From contig OZ024742.1 of NCBI GenBank assembly GCA_964016885.1, positions 130,448,001 through 130,512,000 on the forward strand: a stretch of DNA of 64,000 nt, in the 5' to 3' direction. The notes below the pieces were generated by a model. The model did not search any database, was not told where the DNA came from, and saw nothing but the letters and a program-made list of their open reading frames with translations. Each line of letters opens with the position of its first letter. Within the stretch, counting starts at the first letter, position 1. The translations under genes were made by a program, and so were the position numbers. Shown piece by piece: positions 15,525 to 34,126 of the stretch. This DNA comes from Eledone cirrhosa (lineage: Eukaryota).

Positions 15525-16102
15525 TCTCGAATCGCATACGAGAAAGTAAAGAGGGATGTGAGGAAGGGCATTACTGTTGCATTTCCAGAAAGCGAAGGTC
15601 CTCCTATGGCGCTGACATGCAACGTCTGTGTGAGACTCTGCCTCAGCAAAGCTGGACTCGAAAATCATCTTCGCAGTCATAAAGTGAGACCAGTGGTTGA
15701 CTACCAGGCTGCTGTTGGAGATGCTACTCATCATGCTTGCCAAGCATGTGGTAGAGAATGTAAATCAGTAGGAGGGCTCAAACGACATGCAAAAGTACAG
15801 GAACTCCAACCATGGCCGGCTATTCCTAGTGAATGTTTTGGTTGCCAAATCTGTGCAAGACATTTTAGATCATTGGCTGGGCTAAAGAACCACATTCGAT
15901 CGCAGCACTGTTAATTGTTATCGTGTGTATGTGTGTGTGTGTGTGTGCGTGCGTGTGTGCGTGTATGTATAGATATGTATATGTGTGTGTGTGTATATAT
16001 ATATATGTATTATTATTATTATTGTTGTTATTATTATTGTCGTTATTATGTATTTTTATTTCGTGCAATGGCCATACTCGATAACGAGGGGGCAGCCATC
16101 AT
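15525..16102 (+). mobile_element. 3' end of an RTE-like LINE with three C2H2-like zinc fingers
   Basis: CNVCVRLCLSKAGLENHLRSH, CQACGRECKSVGGLKRH and CQICARHFRSLAGLKNHIRSQH follow a basic 'RIAYEKVKRDVRK' stretch. The terminal motif TGGCCATACTCGATAACGAG..GGCAGCCA is shared with 33034-33068. Confidence 0.7.
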
Positions 16103-16145
16103 GAATGTATGTATGTAAGTAAGTATGTGTATATCTCTCTCTTTC

Positions 16146-16180
<35 letters not shown>

Positions 16181-16999
16181 AAATGTATGTGTATGTGTAT
16201 ATATGTATGTATGAATATGTGTGGGTGTGTATGTATGTATGTATGTATGTGTGTGTATGTACAAAACGAACGGATGAACAACAGGCTCTGAATGAAATCT
16301 TATGTAGAATCAAAATGCAAATATTGGGGAGAAAAAAGGTTTCATATAATCTCATTCCGCTAAATGCCTTTGTTAGCTCCGTTTCGTTTCGGTTTGGTTT
16401 CTACAATTTTGATATCTTATTTCGTTGAAAATTTAGAAGTTTACTAAATGAACGCTTTTTAATCTTCCCATTTTAGTGGTAGGCAAAGTAAACAACAACA
16501 CAAGTTGGGGATTTCGTCATGTTTTTTTCTTTCATTTTCTTTCTCCCCTTACAAAAATAGTTAGCTCAATGGTGGCACTCAAATAAACATATTTACTTCC
16601 GGTTAACTATATGACTTATTCAGTGAATATGGGTTTTCGTATGTATGGGTATGTATATGAATGTGTATGTATATATATATACATATATATATATATATGT
16701 ATTTACTCCCACACATATAAACAAACACACGCACACAAACATTTATATATATATGCATACACACGTATGTTTCTTCTGTTCAGTTTCATATTTCCATTTT
16801 TCATTGTTTTTGTTTTTCCTCAGTATTCAGATATGGCGGATGTATTTTAATGGACTCTAAACATGTGCAATGCAAAAGATGCATTACCATTATTTTCTAG
16901 TGCAATTTTAATGCACACACAAACACACATACACACGCTTACGTAAAAACAAAATCATTATTGATGGTTAAAAAGTGAGAGAACTAAACTAAAATATAT

Positions 17000-18710
<1,711 letters not shown>

Positions 18711-18737
18711 TCATCTTTACAAATAAAATATTTAATT

Positions 18738-18784
18738 TTGTGTACCTAAATGTATAGAAATGCACAGGTGTTTCTCGCACTTCC

Positions 18785-18870
<86 letters not shown>

Positions 18871-19000
18871 TGTACTCATACACACATGCACATATACAAA
18901 CGAATACACACACACACACCCGCCCACTTATATATGCATATTAACTACACTCAGAAACATCCACCGCAACAATATATAGGCGCTCACACCCAGACACGTA
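18738..19000. repeat. Satellite leader sequence, copy 1 of 3
   Basis: Near-identical to 33865-34127 and 36631-36931. Confidence 0.9.
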
Positions 19001-22000
19001 CACAACCCACACAACCCACACTAACACACACTAACACACACTAACATACACTAAAACACACTAACACACACTAACACACACTAACACATACTAACACATA
19101 CTAACACATACTAACACATACTAACCCACAGTAACCCACACAAACACACACTAACACACACTAACACACACTAACACATACTAACACATACTAACCCACA
19201 CAAACACACACAAACACACACTAACACATACTAACACATACTAACACATACTAACACATACTAACACATACTAACACACACTAACACACACTAACACACA
19301 CTAACACACACTAACCCACACAACCCACACAAACACACACAAACACATACTAACACATACTAACACACACTAACACACACTAACACACACAAACACACAC
19401 TAACACACACTAACACATACTAACACACACTAACACACACTAACACACACTAACACATACTAACACATACTAACCCACACAAACACACACAAACACACAC
19501 TAACACATACTAACACATACTAACACATACTAACACATACTAACACATACTAACACACACTAACACACACTAACACACACTAACACACACTAACCCACAC
19601 AACCCACACAAACACACACAAACACATACTAACACATACTAACACACACTAACACACACTAACACACACAAACACACACTAACACACACTAACACATACT
19701 AACACACACTAACACATACTAACACACACTAACACATACTAACCCACACTAACACACACTAACACACACTAACACACACAACCCACACAACCCACACAAC
19801 CCACACTAATACACACTAACACACACTAACACATACTAACACATACTAACATATACTAACACATACTAACCCACACAAACACACACAAACACACACTAAT
19901 ACACACTAACACACACTAACACATACTAACACATACTAACCCACACAAACACACAAACACACACTAACACACACTAACACATACTAACACATACTAACAC
20001 ATACTAACACATACTAACACATACTAACCCACACTAACACACACTAACAAACACTAACACACACTAACACACACTAACTCACACAACCCACACAAACACA
20101 CACCAAACACACACTAATACACACTAACACACACTAACACATACTAACACATACTAACACATACTAACACATACTAACCCACACAAACACACACAAACAC
20201 ACACTAATACACACTAACACACACTAACACATACTAACACATACTAACCCACACAAACACACACAAACACACACTAACACACACTAACACATACTAACAC
20301 ATACTAACACATACTAACACATACTAACACATACAAACCCACACTAACACACACTAACAAACACTAACACACACTAACACATACTAACACATACTAACCC
20401 ACACTAACAAACACTAACACACACTAACACACACAAACACATACTAACACACACTAACACATACTAACACATACTAACACACACTAACACACACTAACAC
20501 ACACAAACACACACTAACACACACTAACACACACTAACACACACAAACACACACTAACACACACTAACACATACTAACACACACTAACACACACTAACAC
20601 ATACTAACACATACTAACACACACTAACACACACTAACACACACAAACACACACTAACACACACTAACACATACTAACACACACTAACACATACTAACAC
20701 ACACTAACACATACTAACCCACACTAACACACACTAACACACACTAACACACACAACCCACACAACCCACACAACCCACACTAACACACACTAACCCACA
20801 CAACCCACACAACCCACACAACCCACACTAACACACACTAACCCACACAACCCACACAACCCACACAACCCACACTAACACACACTAACCCACACAACCC
20901 ACACAACCCACACAACCCACACTAACACACACTAACACACACTAACCCACACAACCCACACAACCCACACTAACCCACACAACCCACACAACCCACACAA
21001 CCCACACTAACCCACACAACCCACACAACCCACACAACCCACACAACCCACACTAACACACACTAACACACACTAACCCACACAACCCACACAACCCACA
21101 CAACCCACACTAACACACACTAACACACACTAACCCACACAACCCACACAACCCACACAACCCACACTAACACACACTAACACACACAACCCACACAACC
21201 CACACTAACCCACACAACCCACACAACCCACACAACCCACACTAACACACACTAACCCACACAACCCACACTAACCCACACAACCCACACTAACACACAC
21301 TAACCCACACAACCCACACAACCCACACAACCCACACTAACCCACACAACCCACACAACCCACACAACCCACACTAACACACACTAACACACACAACCCA
21401 CACAACCCACACTAACCCACACAACCCACACAACCCACACAACCCACACTAACCCACACAACACACACAACCCACACAACCCACACTAATCCACACAACC
21501 CACACAACCCACACAACCCACACAACCCACACTAACCCACACTAACCCACACAACCCACACAACCCACACAACCCACACAACCCACACAACCCACACAAC
21601 CCACACTAACACACACTAACACACACTAACCCACACAACCCACACAACCCACACAACCCACACTAACACACACAACCCACACAACCCACACTAACCCACA
21701 CTAACCCACACAACCCACACAACCCACACAACCCACACTAACACACACTAACCTACACAACCGACACAACCCACACAACCCACACTAACCCACACAATCC
21801 ACACAACCCACACAACCCACACAACCCACACTAACCCACACAACCCACACAACCCACACAACCCACACTAACCCACACAACCCACACAACCCACACAACC
21901 CACACTAACCCACACAACCCACACAACCCACACAACCCACACTAACACACACTAACCCACACAACCCACACAACCCACACAACCCACACAACCGACACAA

Positions 22001-25000
22001 CCCACACAACCCACACTAACCCACACAACCCACACAACCCACACTAACCCACACAACCCACACAACCCACACAACCCACACTAACCCACACAACCCACAC
22101 AACCCACACAACCCACACTAAGCCACACAACCAACACAACCCACACAACACACACAACCCACACTAACCCACACAACCCACACAACCCACACTAACCCAC
22201 ACAACCCACACAACCCACACAACCCACACTAACCCACACAACCCACACAACCCACACAACCCACACAACCCACACTAACCCACACAACCCACACAACACA
22301 CACAACCCACACTAACCCACACAACCCACACAACCCACACTAACCCACACAACCCACACAACCCACACAACCCACACTAACCCACACAACCCACACAACC
22401 CACACAACCCACACAACCCACACAACCCACACAACCCACACTAACCCACACAACCCACACAACCCACACAACCCACACAACCCACACTAACCCACACAAC
22501 CCACACAACCCACACAACCCACACAACCCACACAACCCACACAACCCACACAACCCACACTAACCCACACAACCCACACAACCCACACAACCCACACAAC
22601 CCACACTAACCCACACAACCCACACAACCCACACAACCCACACAACCCACACTAACCCACACAACCCACACAACCCACACAACCCACACTAACCCACACA
22701 ACCCACGCAACCCACTGAACCCACACAACCCACACTAACCCACACAACCCACACAACCCACACAACCCACACAACCCACACTAACCCACACAACCCACAC
22801 AACCCACACAACCCACACTAACCCACACAACCCACACAACCCACACAACCCACACTAACCCACACAACTCACACAACCCACACAACCCACACTAACCCAC
22901 ACAACCCACACAACTCACACAACCCACACTAACCCACACAACCCACACAACCCACACAACCCACACAACCCACACTAACACACACTAACTCACACAACCC
23001 AGACAACCCAGACAACCCACACAACCCACACTAACACACACTAACCCACACAACCCACACAACCCACACAACCCACACAACCCACACTAACACACACTAA
23101 CCCACACAACCCACACAACCCACACAACCCACACTAACACACACTAACCCACACAACCCACACAACCCACACAACCCACACAACCCACACAACCCACACT
23201 AACACACACTAACCCCACACAACCCACACAACCCACACAACCCACACTAACACACACTAACACACACAACCCACACAACCCACACAACCCACACGACCCA
23301 CACTAACACACACTAACACACACAACCCACACAACCCACACAACCCACACTAACACACACCTAACCCCACACAACCCACACAACCCACACAACCCACACT
23401 AACACACACTAACCCACAACACCCACACAACCCATACAACCCACACAAACACACACTAACCCACACAACCCACACTAACCACACTAACACACACTAACCC
23501 ACACAACCCACACAACCCACACTAACACACACTAACCCACACAACCCACACTACACACACTAACCCACACAACCCACACAACCCACACTAACACACACTA
23601 ACCCACACAACCCACACAACCCACACAACCCACACAACCCACACAACCCACACTAACACACACTAACACACACAACCCACACAACCCACACTAACACACA
23701 CTAACCCACACAACCCAGACAACCACACAACCCACACTAACCCACACTAACACACACTAACCCACACAACCCACACTAACACACACTAACCCACACAACC
23801 CACACAACCCACACAACCCACACTAACACAGACTAACCCACACAACCCACACAACCCACACAACCCACACAACCCACACTAACACACACTAACACACACA
23901 ACCCACACAACCCACACAACCCACACAACACACACTAACCCACACAACCCACACAACCCACACAACCCACACAACCCACACAACCCACACTAACACACAC
24001 TAACACACACAACCCACACAACCCACACAACCCACACACCCCACACTAACACACACTAACACACACAACCCACACACCCACACCCCACACTAACCCACAC
24101 TAACCCACACAACCCACACAACCCACACAACCCACACAACCCACACAACCCACACTAACACACACTAACACACACAACCCACACAACCCACACAACCCAC
24201 ACTAACACACACTAACCCACACAACCCACACAACCCACACAACCCCACACAACCCCACACACCCACACTAACACACACTAACACACACAACCCACACAAC
24301 CCACACAACCCACACTAACACACACTAACCCACGCAACCCCACACAACCCACACAACCCACACAACCCACACAACCCACAATAACACACACCAACACACA
24401 CAACCCACACAACCCACACAACCCACACTAACACACACAACCCACACACCCCCACAACCCACACAACCCACACAACCCACACTAACACACACTAACACAC
24501 ACAACCCACACAACCCACACAACACACACTAACCCCACACAACCCACACACCCACACAACCCACACACCCACACAACCCACACTACACACACAACACACA
24601 CAACCCACACAACCCACACAACCCACACAACACACACAACCCACACAACCCACACAACCCACACTAAAACACACAAACCCACACAACCCACACAACCCAC
24701 ACACCCACACCTAACACACACACACCCACCCCAACCCACACAACCCACACAACCCACACAACCCCACACACCCACACAAACACACACTAACCCACACAAC
24801 CACACAACCCACACTAACACACACTAACACACACAACCCACACAACCCACACAACCCCACACAACCCACACTAACACACACTAACACACACAACCCACAC
24901 AACCCACACAACCCACACTAACACACACTAACACACCACAACCCACACAACCCACACAACCCACACAACCCACACTAACACACACTAACACACACAACCC

Positions 25001-28000
25001 ACGCAACCCACACAACCCACACAACCCACACTAACACACACTAACACACACAACCCACACAACCCACACAACCCACACTAACACACACTAACCCACACAA
25101 CCTACACAACCCACACAACCCACACAACCCACACTACCCCACACACCCCACACACCCACACTAACCCACACAACCCTCACAACCCACACTAACACACACA
25201 ACCCACACACCCACACAACCACACTAACCCACACAACCCACACAACCCACACAGCCCACACTAACCCACACAACCCACACAACCCACACTAACCCACACA
25301 ACCCACACAACCCCACACAACCCACACAACCCACACTAACACACACTAACCCACACAACCCACACAACCCCCACACAACCCACACTAACACACACTAACA
25401 CACACAACCACACAACCCACACTAACACACACTAACCCACACAACCCACACAACCCACACAACCCACACAACCCACACTAACCCACACAACCCACACAAC
25501 CCACACTAACCTACACAACCCTCACAACCCACACTAACACACACAACCCACACAACCCACACAACCCACACTAACCCACACAACCCACACAACCCACACA
25601 GCCCACACTAACCCACACAACCCACACAACCCACACTAACCCACACAACCCACACAACCCACACAACCCACACAACCCACACTAACACACACTAACACAC
25701 ACAACCCACACAACCCACACAACCCACACAACCCACACTAACCACACACTAACACACACAACCCACACAACCCACACTAACACACACTAACCCACACAAC
25801 CCACACAACCCACACAACCCACACAACCCACACAACCCACACAACCCACACTAACCCACACAACCCACACAACCCACACAACCCACACTAACCCACACAA
25901 CCCCACACAACCCACACAACCCACACTAACCCACACAACTCACACAACCCACACAACCCACACTAACCCACACAACCCACACAACCCACACAACCCACAC
26001 TAACCCACACAACCCACATAACCCACACAACCCACACAACCCACACTAACACACACTAACTCACACAACCCAGACAACCCAGACAACCCACACAACCCAC
26101 ACTAACACACACTAACCCACACAACCCACACAACCCACACAACCACACAACCCACACTAACACACACAAACCACACAACCCACACAACCCACACAACCCA
26201 CACTAACACACACTAACCCACACAACCCACACAACCCACACAACCCACACAACCCACACAACCCACACTAACACACACTAACCCACACAACCCACACAAC
26301 CCACACAACCCCCACTAACACACACTAACACACACAACCCACACAACCCACACAACCCACACGACCCACACTAACACACACTAACACACAGAACCCACAC
26401 AACCCACACAACCCACACTAACACACACTAACCCACACACCCACACAACCCACACAACCCACACAACACACACTAACCCACACAACCCACACAACCCATA
26501 CAACCCACACTAACACACACTAACCCACACAACCCACACTAACCCACACTAACACACACTAACCCACACAACCCACACAACCCACACTAACACACACTAA
26601 CCCACACAACCCACACTAACACACACTAACCCACACAACCCACACAACCCACACTAACACAAACTAACCCCACACAACCCACACAACCCACACAACCCAC
26701 ACAACCCACACAACCCACACTAACACACACTAACACACACAACCCACACTAACCCACACTAACACACCACTAACCCACACAACCCAGACAACCCACACAA
26801 CCCACACTAACCCACACTAACACACACTAACCCACACAACCCACACTAACACACACTAACCCACACAACCCACACAACCCACACAACCCACACTAACACA
26901 GACTAACCCACACAACCCACACAACCCACACAACCCACACAACCCACACTAACACACACTAACACACACAACCCCACACAACCCACACAACCCACACCAA
27001 CACACACTAACCCACACAACCCCACAACCCACACAACCCCACACAACCCACACAACCCACACTAACCACACACTAACACACACAACCCACACAACCCACA
27101 CAACCCACACAACCCACACTAACACACACTAACACACACAACCCACACAACCCCACACAACCCACACTAACCACACACAACCCACACAACCCACACAACC
27201 CACACAACCCACACAACCCACACAACCCACACTAACACACACAAACACACACAACCCACACAACCCACACAACCCACACTAACACACACTAACCCACACA
27301 ACCCACACAACCCCACACAACCCACACAAACCCACACAACCCACACTAACACACACTAACACACACAACCCACACAACCCACACAACCCACACTAACACA
27401 CACTAACCCACGCAACCCACACAACCCACACAACCCACACAACCCACACAACCCACACTAACACACACTAACACACACAACCCACACAACCCACACAACC
27501 CACACTAACACACACTAACCCACACAACCCACACAACCCACACAACCCACACAACCCACACTAACACACACTAACCACACACAACCCACACAACCCACAC
27601 AACACACACTAACCCACACAACCCACACAACCCACACAACCCACACAACCCACACAACCCACACTAACACACACTAACACACACAACCCACACAACCCAC
27701 ACAACCCACACTAACACACACAACCCCACACAACCCACACAACCCACACTAAAACACACTAACCCACACAACCCACACAACCCACACAACCCACACTAAC
27801 ACACACTAACCCACACAACCCACACAACCCACACAACCCACACAACCCACACAACCCACACTAACACACACAAACCCACACAAAGCACACAACCCACACT
27901 AACACACACTAACACACACAACCCACACAACCCACACAACCCACACAACCCACACTAACACACACTAACACCACACAACCCACACAACCCACACAACCCA

Positions 28001-31000
28001 CACTAACACACACTAACACACACAACCCAACACAACCCACACAACCCACACAACCCACACTAACACACACTAACACACACAACCCACGCAACCCACACAA
28101 CCCACACAACCCACACTAACACACACTAACACACACAACCCACACAACCCACACAACCCACACTAACACACACTAACCCACACAACCTACACAACCCACA
28201 CAACCCACACAACCCACACTAACCCACACAACCCACACAACCCACACTAACCCACACAACCCTCACAACCCACACTAACACACACAACCCCACACAACCC
28301 ACACAACCCACACTAACCCACACAACCCACACAACCCACACAGCCCACACTAACCCACACAACCCACACAACCCACACTAACCCACACAACCCACAGAAC
28401 CCACACAACCCACACAACCCACACAACACACACAAACCCACACAACCCACACAACCCACACAACCCACACTAACACACACTAACACACACAACCCACACA
28501 ACCCACACTAACACACACTAACCCACACAACCCACACAACCCACACAACCCACACAACCCACACTAACCCACACAACCCACACAACCCACACTAACCTAC
28601 ACAACCCTCACAACCCACACTAACACACACAACCCACACAACCCACACAACCCACACTAACCCACACAACCCACACAACCCACACAGCCCACACTAACCC
28701 ACACAACCCACACAACCCACACTAACCCACACAACCCACACAACCCACACAACCCACACAACCCACACTAACACACACTAACACACACAACCCACACAAC
28801 CCACACAACCCACACAACCCACACTAACACACACTAACACACACAACCCACACAACCCACACTAACACACACTAACCCACACAACCCACACAACCCACAC
28901 AACCCACACAACCCACACTAACCCACACAACCCACACAACCCACACTAACCTACACAACCCTCACAACCCACACTAACACACACAACCCACACAACCCAC
29001 ACAACCCACACTAACCCACACAACCCACACAACCAACACAGCCCACACTAACCCACACAACCCACACAACCCACACTAACCCACACAACCCACACAACCC
29101 ACACAACCCACACAACCCACACAACCCACACTAACCCACACAACCCACACTAACCCACACAACCCACACAACCCACACAACCCACACTAACACACACTAA
29201 CCCACACAACCCACACAACCCACACAACCCACACTAACCCACACAACCCACACAACCCACACTAACCCACACAACCCACACTAACCCACACAATCCACAC
29301 AACCCACACAACCCACACAACCCACACTAACCCACAAAACCCACACAACCCACACAACCCACACTAACCCACACAACCCACACTAACCCACACAACCCAC
29401 ACAACCCACACAACCCACACAACCCACACAACCCACACTAACACACACTAACACACACTAACCCACACAACCCACACAACCCACACAACCCACACAACCC
29501 ACACTAACCCACACAACCCACACAACCCACACAACCCACACTAACCCACACAACCCACACAACCCACACAACCCACACTAACACACACTAACCCACACAA
29601 CCCACACAACCCACACTAACACACACTAACCCACACAACCCACACAACCCATACAACCCACACAACCCACACTAACACACACTAACACACACTGACCCAC
29701 ACAACCCACACAACCCACACAACCCACACAACCCACACAACCCACACAACCCACACCAACCCACACAACCCACACAACCCACACTAACACACACTAACCC
29801 ACACAACCCACACAACCCACACAACCCACACTAACCCACACAACCCACACAACCCACACAACCCACACTAACACACACTAACCCACACAACCCACACAAC
29901 CCACACTAACACACACTAACCCACACAACCCACACAACCCACACAACCCACACAACCCACACTAACACACACTAACACACACTGACCCACACAACCCACA
30001 CAACCCACACAACCCACACAACCCACACAACCCACACTAACCCACACAACCCACACAACCCACACTAACCCACACAACCCACACTAACCCACACAACCCA
30101 CACAACCCACACTAACCCACACAACCCACACAACCCATACAACCCACACTAACCCACACAACCCACACAACCCACACAACCCACACAACCCACACAACCC
30201 ACACTAACACACACTAACACAAACTAACCCACACAACCCACACAACCCACACAACCCACACAACCCACACTAACCCACACAACCCACACAACCCACACAA
30301 CCCACACTAACCCGCACAACCCACACAACCCACACAACCCACACTAACACACACTAACCCACACAACCCACACAACCCACACTAACACACACTAACCCAC
30401 ACAACCCACACAACCCAAACAACCCACACAACCCACACTAACACACACTAACACACACTGACCCACACAACCCACACAACCCACACAACCCACACAACCC
30501 ACACAACCCACACAACCCACACAACCCACATAACCCACACTAACCCACACAACCCACACAACCCACACTAACACACACTAACACACACTGACCCACACAA
30601 CCCACACAACCCACACAACCCACACAACCCACACAACCCACACTGACCCACACAACCCACACAACCCACACAACCCACACAACCCACACTAACCCACACA
30701 ACCCACACAACCCACACTAACACACACTAACCCACACAACCCACACAACCCACACAACCCACACAACCCACACAACCCACACTAACCCACACAACCCACA
30801 CAACCCACACAACCCACACTAACACACACTAACCCACACAACCCACACAACCCACACTAACACACACTAACCCACACAACCCACACAACCCACACAACCC
30901 ACACAACCCACACTAACACACACTAACACACACTGACCCACACAACCCACACAACCCACACAACCCAGACAACCCACACAACCCACACAACCCACACTAA

Positions 31001-32460
31001 CCCACACAACCCACACAACCCACACTAACACACACTAACCCACACAACCCACACAACCCACACAACCCACACAACCCACACAACCCACACTAACACACAC
31101 TAACCCACACAACCCACACAACCCACACTAACACACACTAACACACACTAACCCACACAACCCACACTAACCCACACAACCCACACAACCCACACAACCC
31201 ACACTAACCCACACAACCCACACAACCCACACAACCCACACTAACACACACTAACCCACACAATCCACACAACCCACACTAACACACACTAACTCACACA
31301 ACCCACACAACCCACACAACCCACACAACACACACTAACCCACACAACCCACACAACCCACACAACCCACACTAACCCACACAACCCACACAACCCACAC
31401 AATCCACACTAACCCATACTAACCCACACAACCCACACAACCCACACAACCCACACTAACACACACTAACCCACACAACCCACACAACCCACACAACCGA
31501 CACTAACCCACACAACCCACACAACCCACACAACCCACACTAACCCACACAACCCACACAACCCACACAACCCACACTAACCCACACAACCCACACAACC
31601 CACACAACCCACACAACCCACACTAACCCACACAACCCACACAACCCACACAACCCACACAACCCACACTAACACACACTAACCCACACAACCCACACAA
31701 CCCACACAACCCACACTAACCCACACAACCCACACAACCCACACAACCCACACAACCCACACAACCCACACAACCCACACTACAACCCACACAACCCACA
31801 CAACCCACACTAACCCACACAACCCACACAACCCACACAACCCACACTAACCCACACAACCCACACAACCCACACAACCCACACTAACCCACACAACCCA
31901 CACAACCCACACAACCCACCCTAACACACACTAACCCACACAACCCACACAACCCACACAACCCACACTAACCCACACAACCCACACAACCCACACAAAC
32001 CACACTAACACACACTAACCCACACAACCCACACAACCCACACAACCCACACAACCCACACTAACACACACTAACCCACACAACCCACACAACCCACACA
32101 ACCCACACTAACACACACTAACCCACACAACCCACACAACCCACACAACCCACACTAACACACACTAACACACACTGACCCACACTAACACATACTAACA
32201 CACACTAACCCACACAACCCACACTAACACATACTAACACACACTAACATACACTAACACACACTAACACACACTAACCCACACAACCCACACTAACACA
32301 TACTAACACACACTAACACACACTAACACACACTAACGCATACTAACACACACTAACCCACACTAACACACACAACCCACACTAACACACACTAACACAC
32401 ACTAACCCACACTAACACACACTAACACATACTAACACACACTAACACACACTAACACAT
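19000..32460. repeat. Satellite array 1 (~13.5 kb): 10-mer CTAACACACA flanks, core dominated by 9-mer CAACCCACA
   Basis: Direct reading. Switches to the 9-mer at ~20750 and back at ~32160. Confidence 0.97.
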
Positions 32461-32510
32461 ATGTATATATGTATGTATGTATGTATGTATATATGTATGT
32501 ATGTATATAA

Positions 32511-33066
32511 ATGGTCGGGTCGTTGGCGACTAAACTGGCAACCCCACCAAGGTTTCTTGGTGAGGAGGGTGACTTTGGACATCCTGCAGGACTAAAAACA
32601 AAACCTGTCAAAGGGCAAAGGTGCTCTTAAGAGTCAATGGCCATCCAAAATCACCAGGAGAGATGACCCCTTAGCCTTTGTCAAGGCAGAATTCTGGGAG
32701 AAGGAAAACTCTGATATAACACCTGCAACCCTGATGGTATCCGATGATGTTGACTTGTTCTCCCTTTTGGTAAATATCATCTTGGTTAAGAGAGTGGGAC
32801 TGGCTTTGTGCAGCGCCTTTGCTCACTATAAATGCTTCACCGCACAGGCATTGCTTTATATCTGGAGATCTCTCTGCACTTGTCCTCACATGGTACCATG
32901 GGCCCAGCACTATGTGTCAATAATTGTCACAAGTGTAGTGTTTGTACCAGAGTTTTCAAGTCGCTGGCTGGACTAAAAAGTCACACTCGTTCAGCGCTTC
33001 GGTAGGGGGTTCCCCCTACATGGATATAAAGTAGTGGCCGTACTCGAAAACGAGTTGGCAGCCACC

Positions 33067-33068
<2 letters not shown>
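32511..33068 (+). mobile_element. Short internally deleted RTE-like element (5'-UTR-like part + zinc-finger 3' end), copy 1
   Basis: Encodes CSVCTRVFKSLAGLKSHTRS (~32933-32995), shares its 3' motif with 16068-16100 and is flanked by (TATG)/(TA) repeats. Confidence 0.6.
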
Positions 33069-33098
<30 letters not shown>

Positions 33099-33104
33099 GT
33101 ATAT

Positions 33105-33864
33105 ATTTTTTTTCATGCTCATAAACCGGGGAAAGATGGTTGCCAACCTTTTTCTGTAAATTGGTCAATTTTTTAATCTTGTTTGAACATTGAATAGGAT
33201 CTTCCGACTTCTCTGGGTGAGAGATTTATATCAGGCTTTATTCCATATCTCTCCTCCAGATCAGTGGTTATTCTAATGATATATTTTTTTTCATGCTCAT
33301 AAACCTGGGCAAGATGGTTGCCAACCTTTTTCCTCTGTTGAAGGTGTTGCTTCAGTGTTACTATCCGGGTTTCATATAATGTTAATATGGATTTTAGACC
33401 CCGGCCACTTTCCTTGCGTGAGAAGTATAGCCTATCCACATCACCATTGATGTTAAAGTTCCCAGTAACACTGAGAAGTTTGCGAGTTGAACATCCATCA
33501 CACTTAGCTCTTGCAATGACCAGTTCAGCAGGCCAAATGTTGGCGTTAGAATTGGCACAGCATAAGTATTGTGGGGAATGTATTTGTTATACGCTGACAG
33601 TTCTGATGACCATATTTTCTTTACTCTTCTGAGGTATTCAGTTCTGGTTCTCTCCTTATTTATGGGTCCATCATATCTGACATTCTCATCCTGTCCAAGA
33701 TATCTGTAGTTGTCACGTGACTGTAGAGGTTGTATTGTCAGGCCGTTCATCTCTGGATTTCTAGAGGAGGGCACAGCTCTGCCACGTTTTACTGCCAAAT
33801 ATGCACAATTGGACTCACCAAATTTCATTTTGATGTCTGTTGAAAATTGTGTAATGAGGTCCAA
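33105..33864 (-). pseudogene. R4/Dong-like non-LTR RT C-terminal fragment, copy 1
   Basis: FSTDIKMKFG.SNC, YRYLG, NTYAVPILTPTFG and DRLYFSRKESGRGLKSI across a frameshift. Confidence 0.85.
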
Positions 33865-33911
33865 TTGTGTACCTAAATGTATAGAAATGCACAGGTGTTT
33901 CTCGCTCTTCC

Positions 33912-33988
<77 letters not shown>

Positions 33989-34126
33989 ACACACACATGT
34001 ACTCATACGCACATGCACATATACAAACGAATACACACACACACACCCGCCCACTTATATATGCATATTAACTACACTCAGAAACATCCACCGCAACAAT
34101 ATATAGGCGCTCACACCCAGACACGT

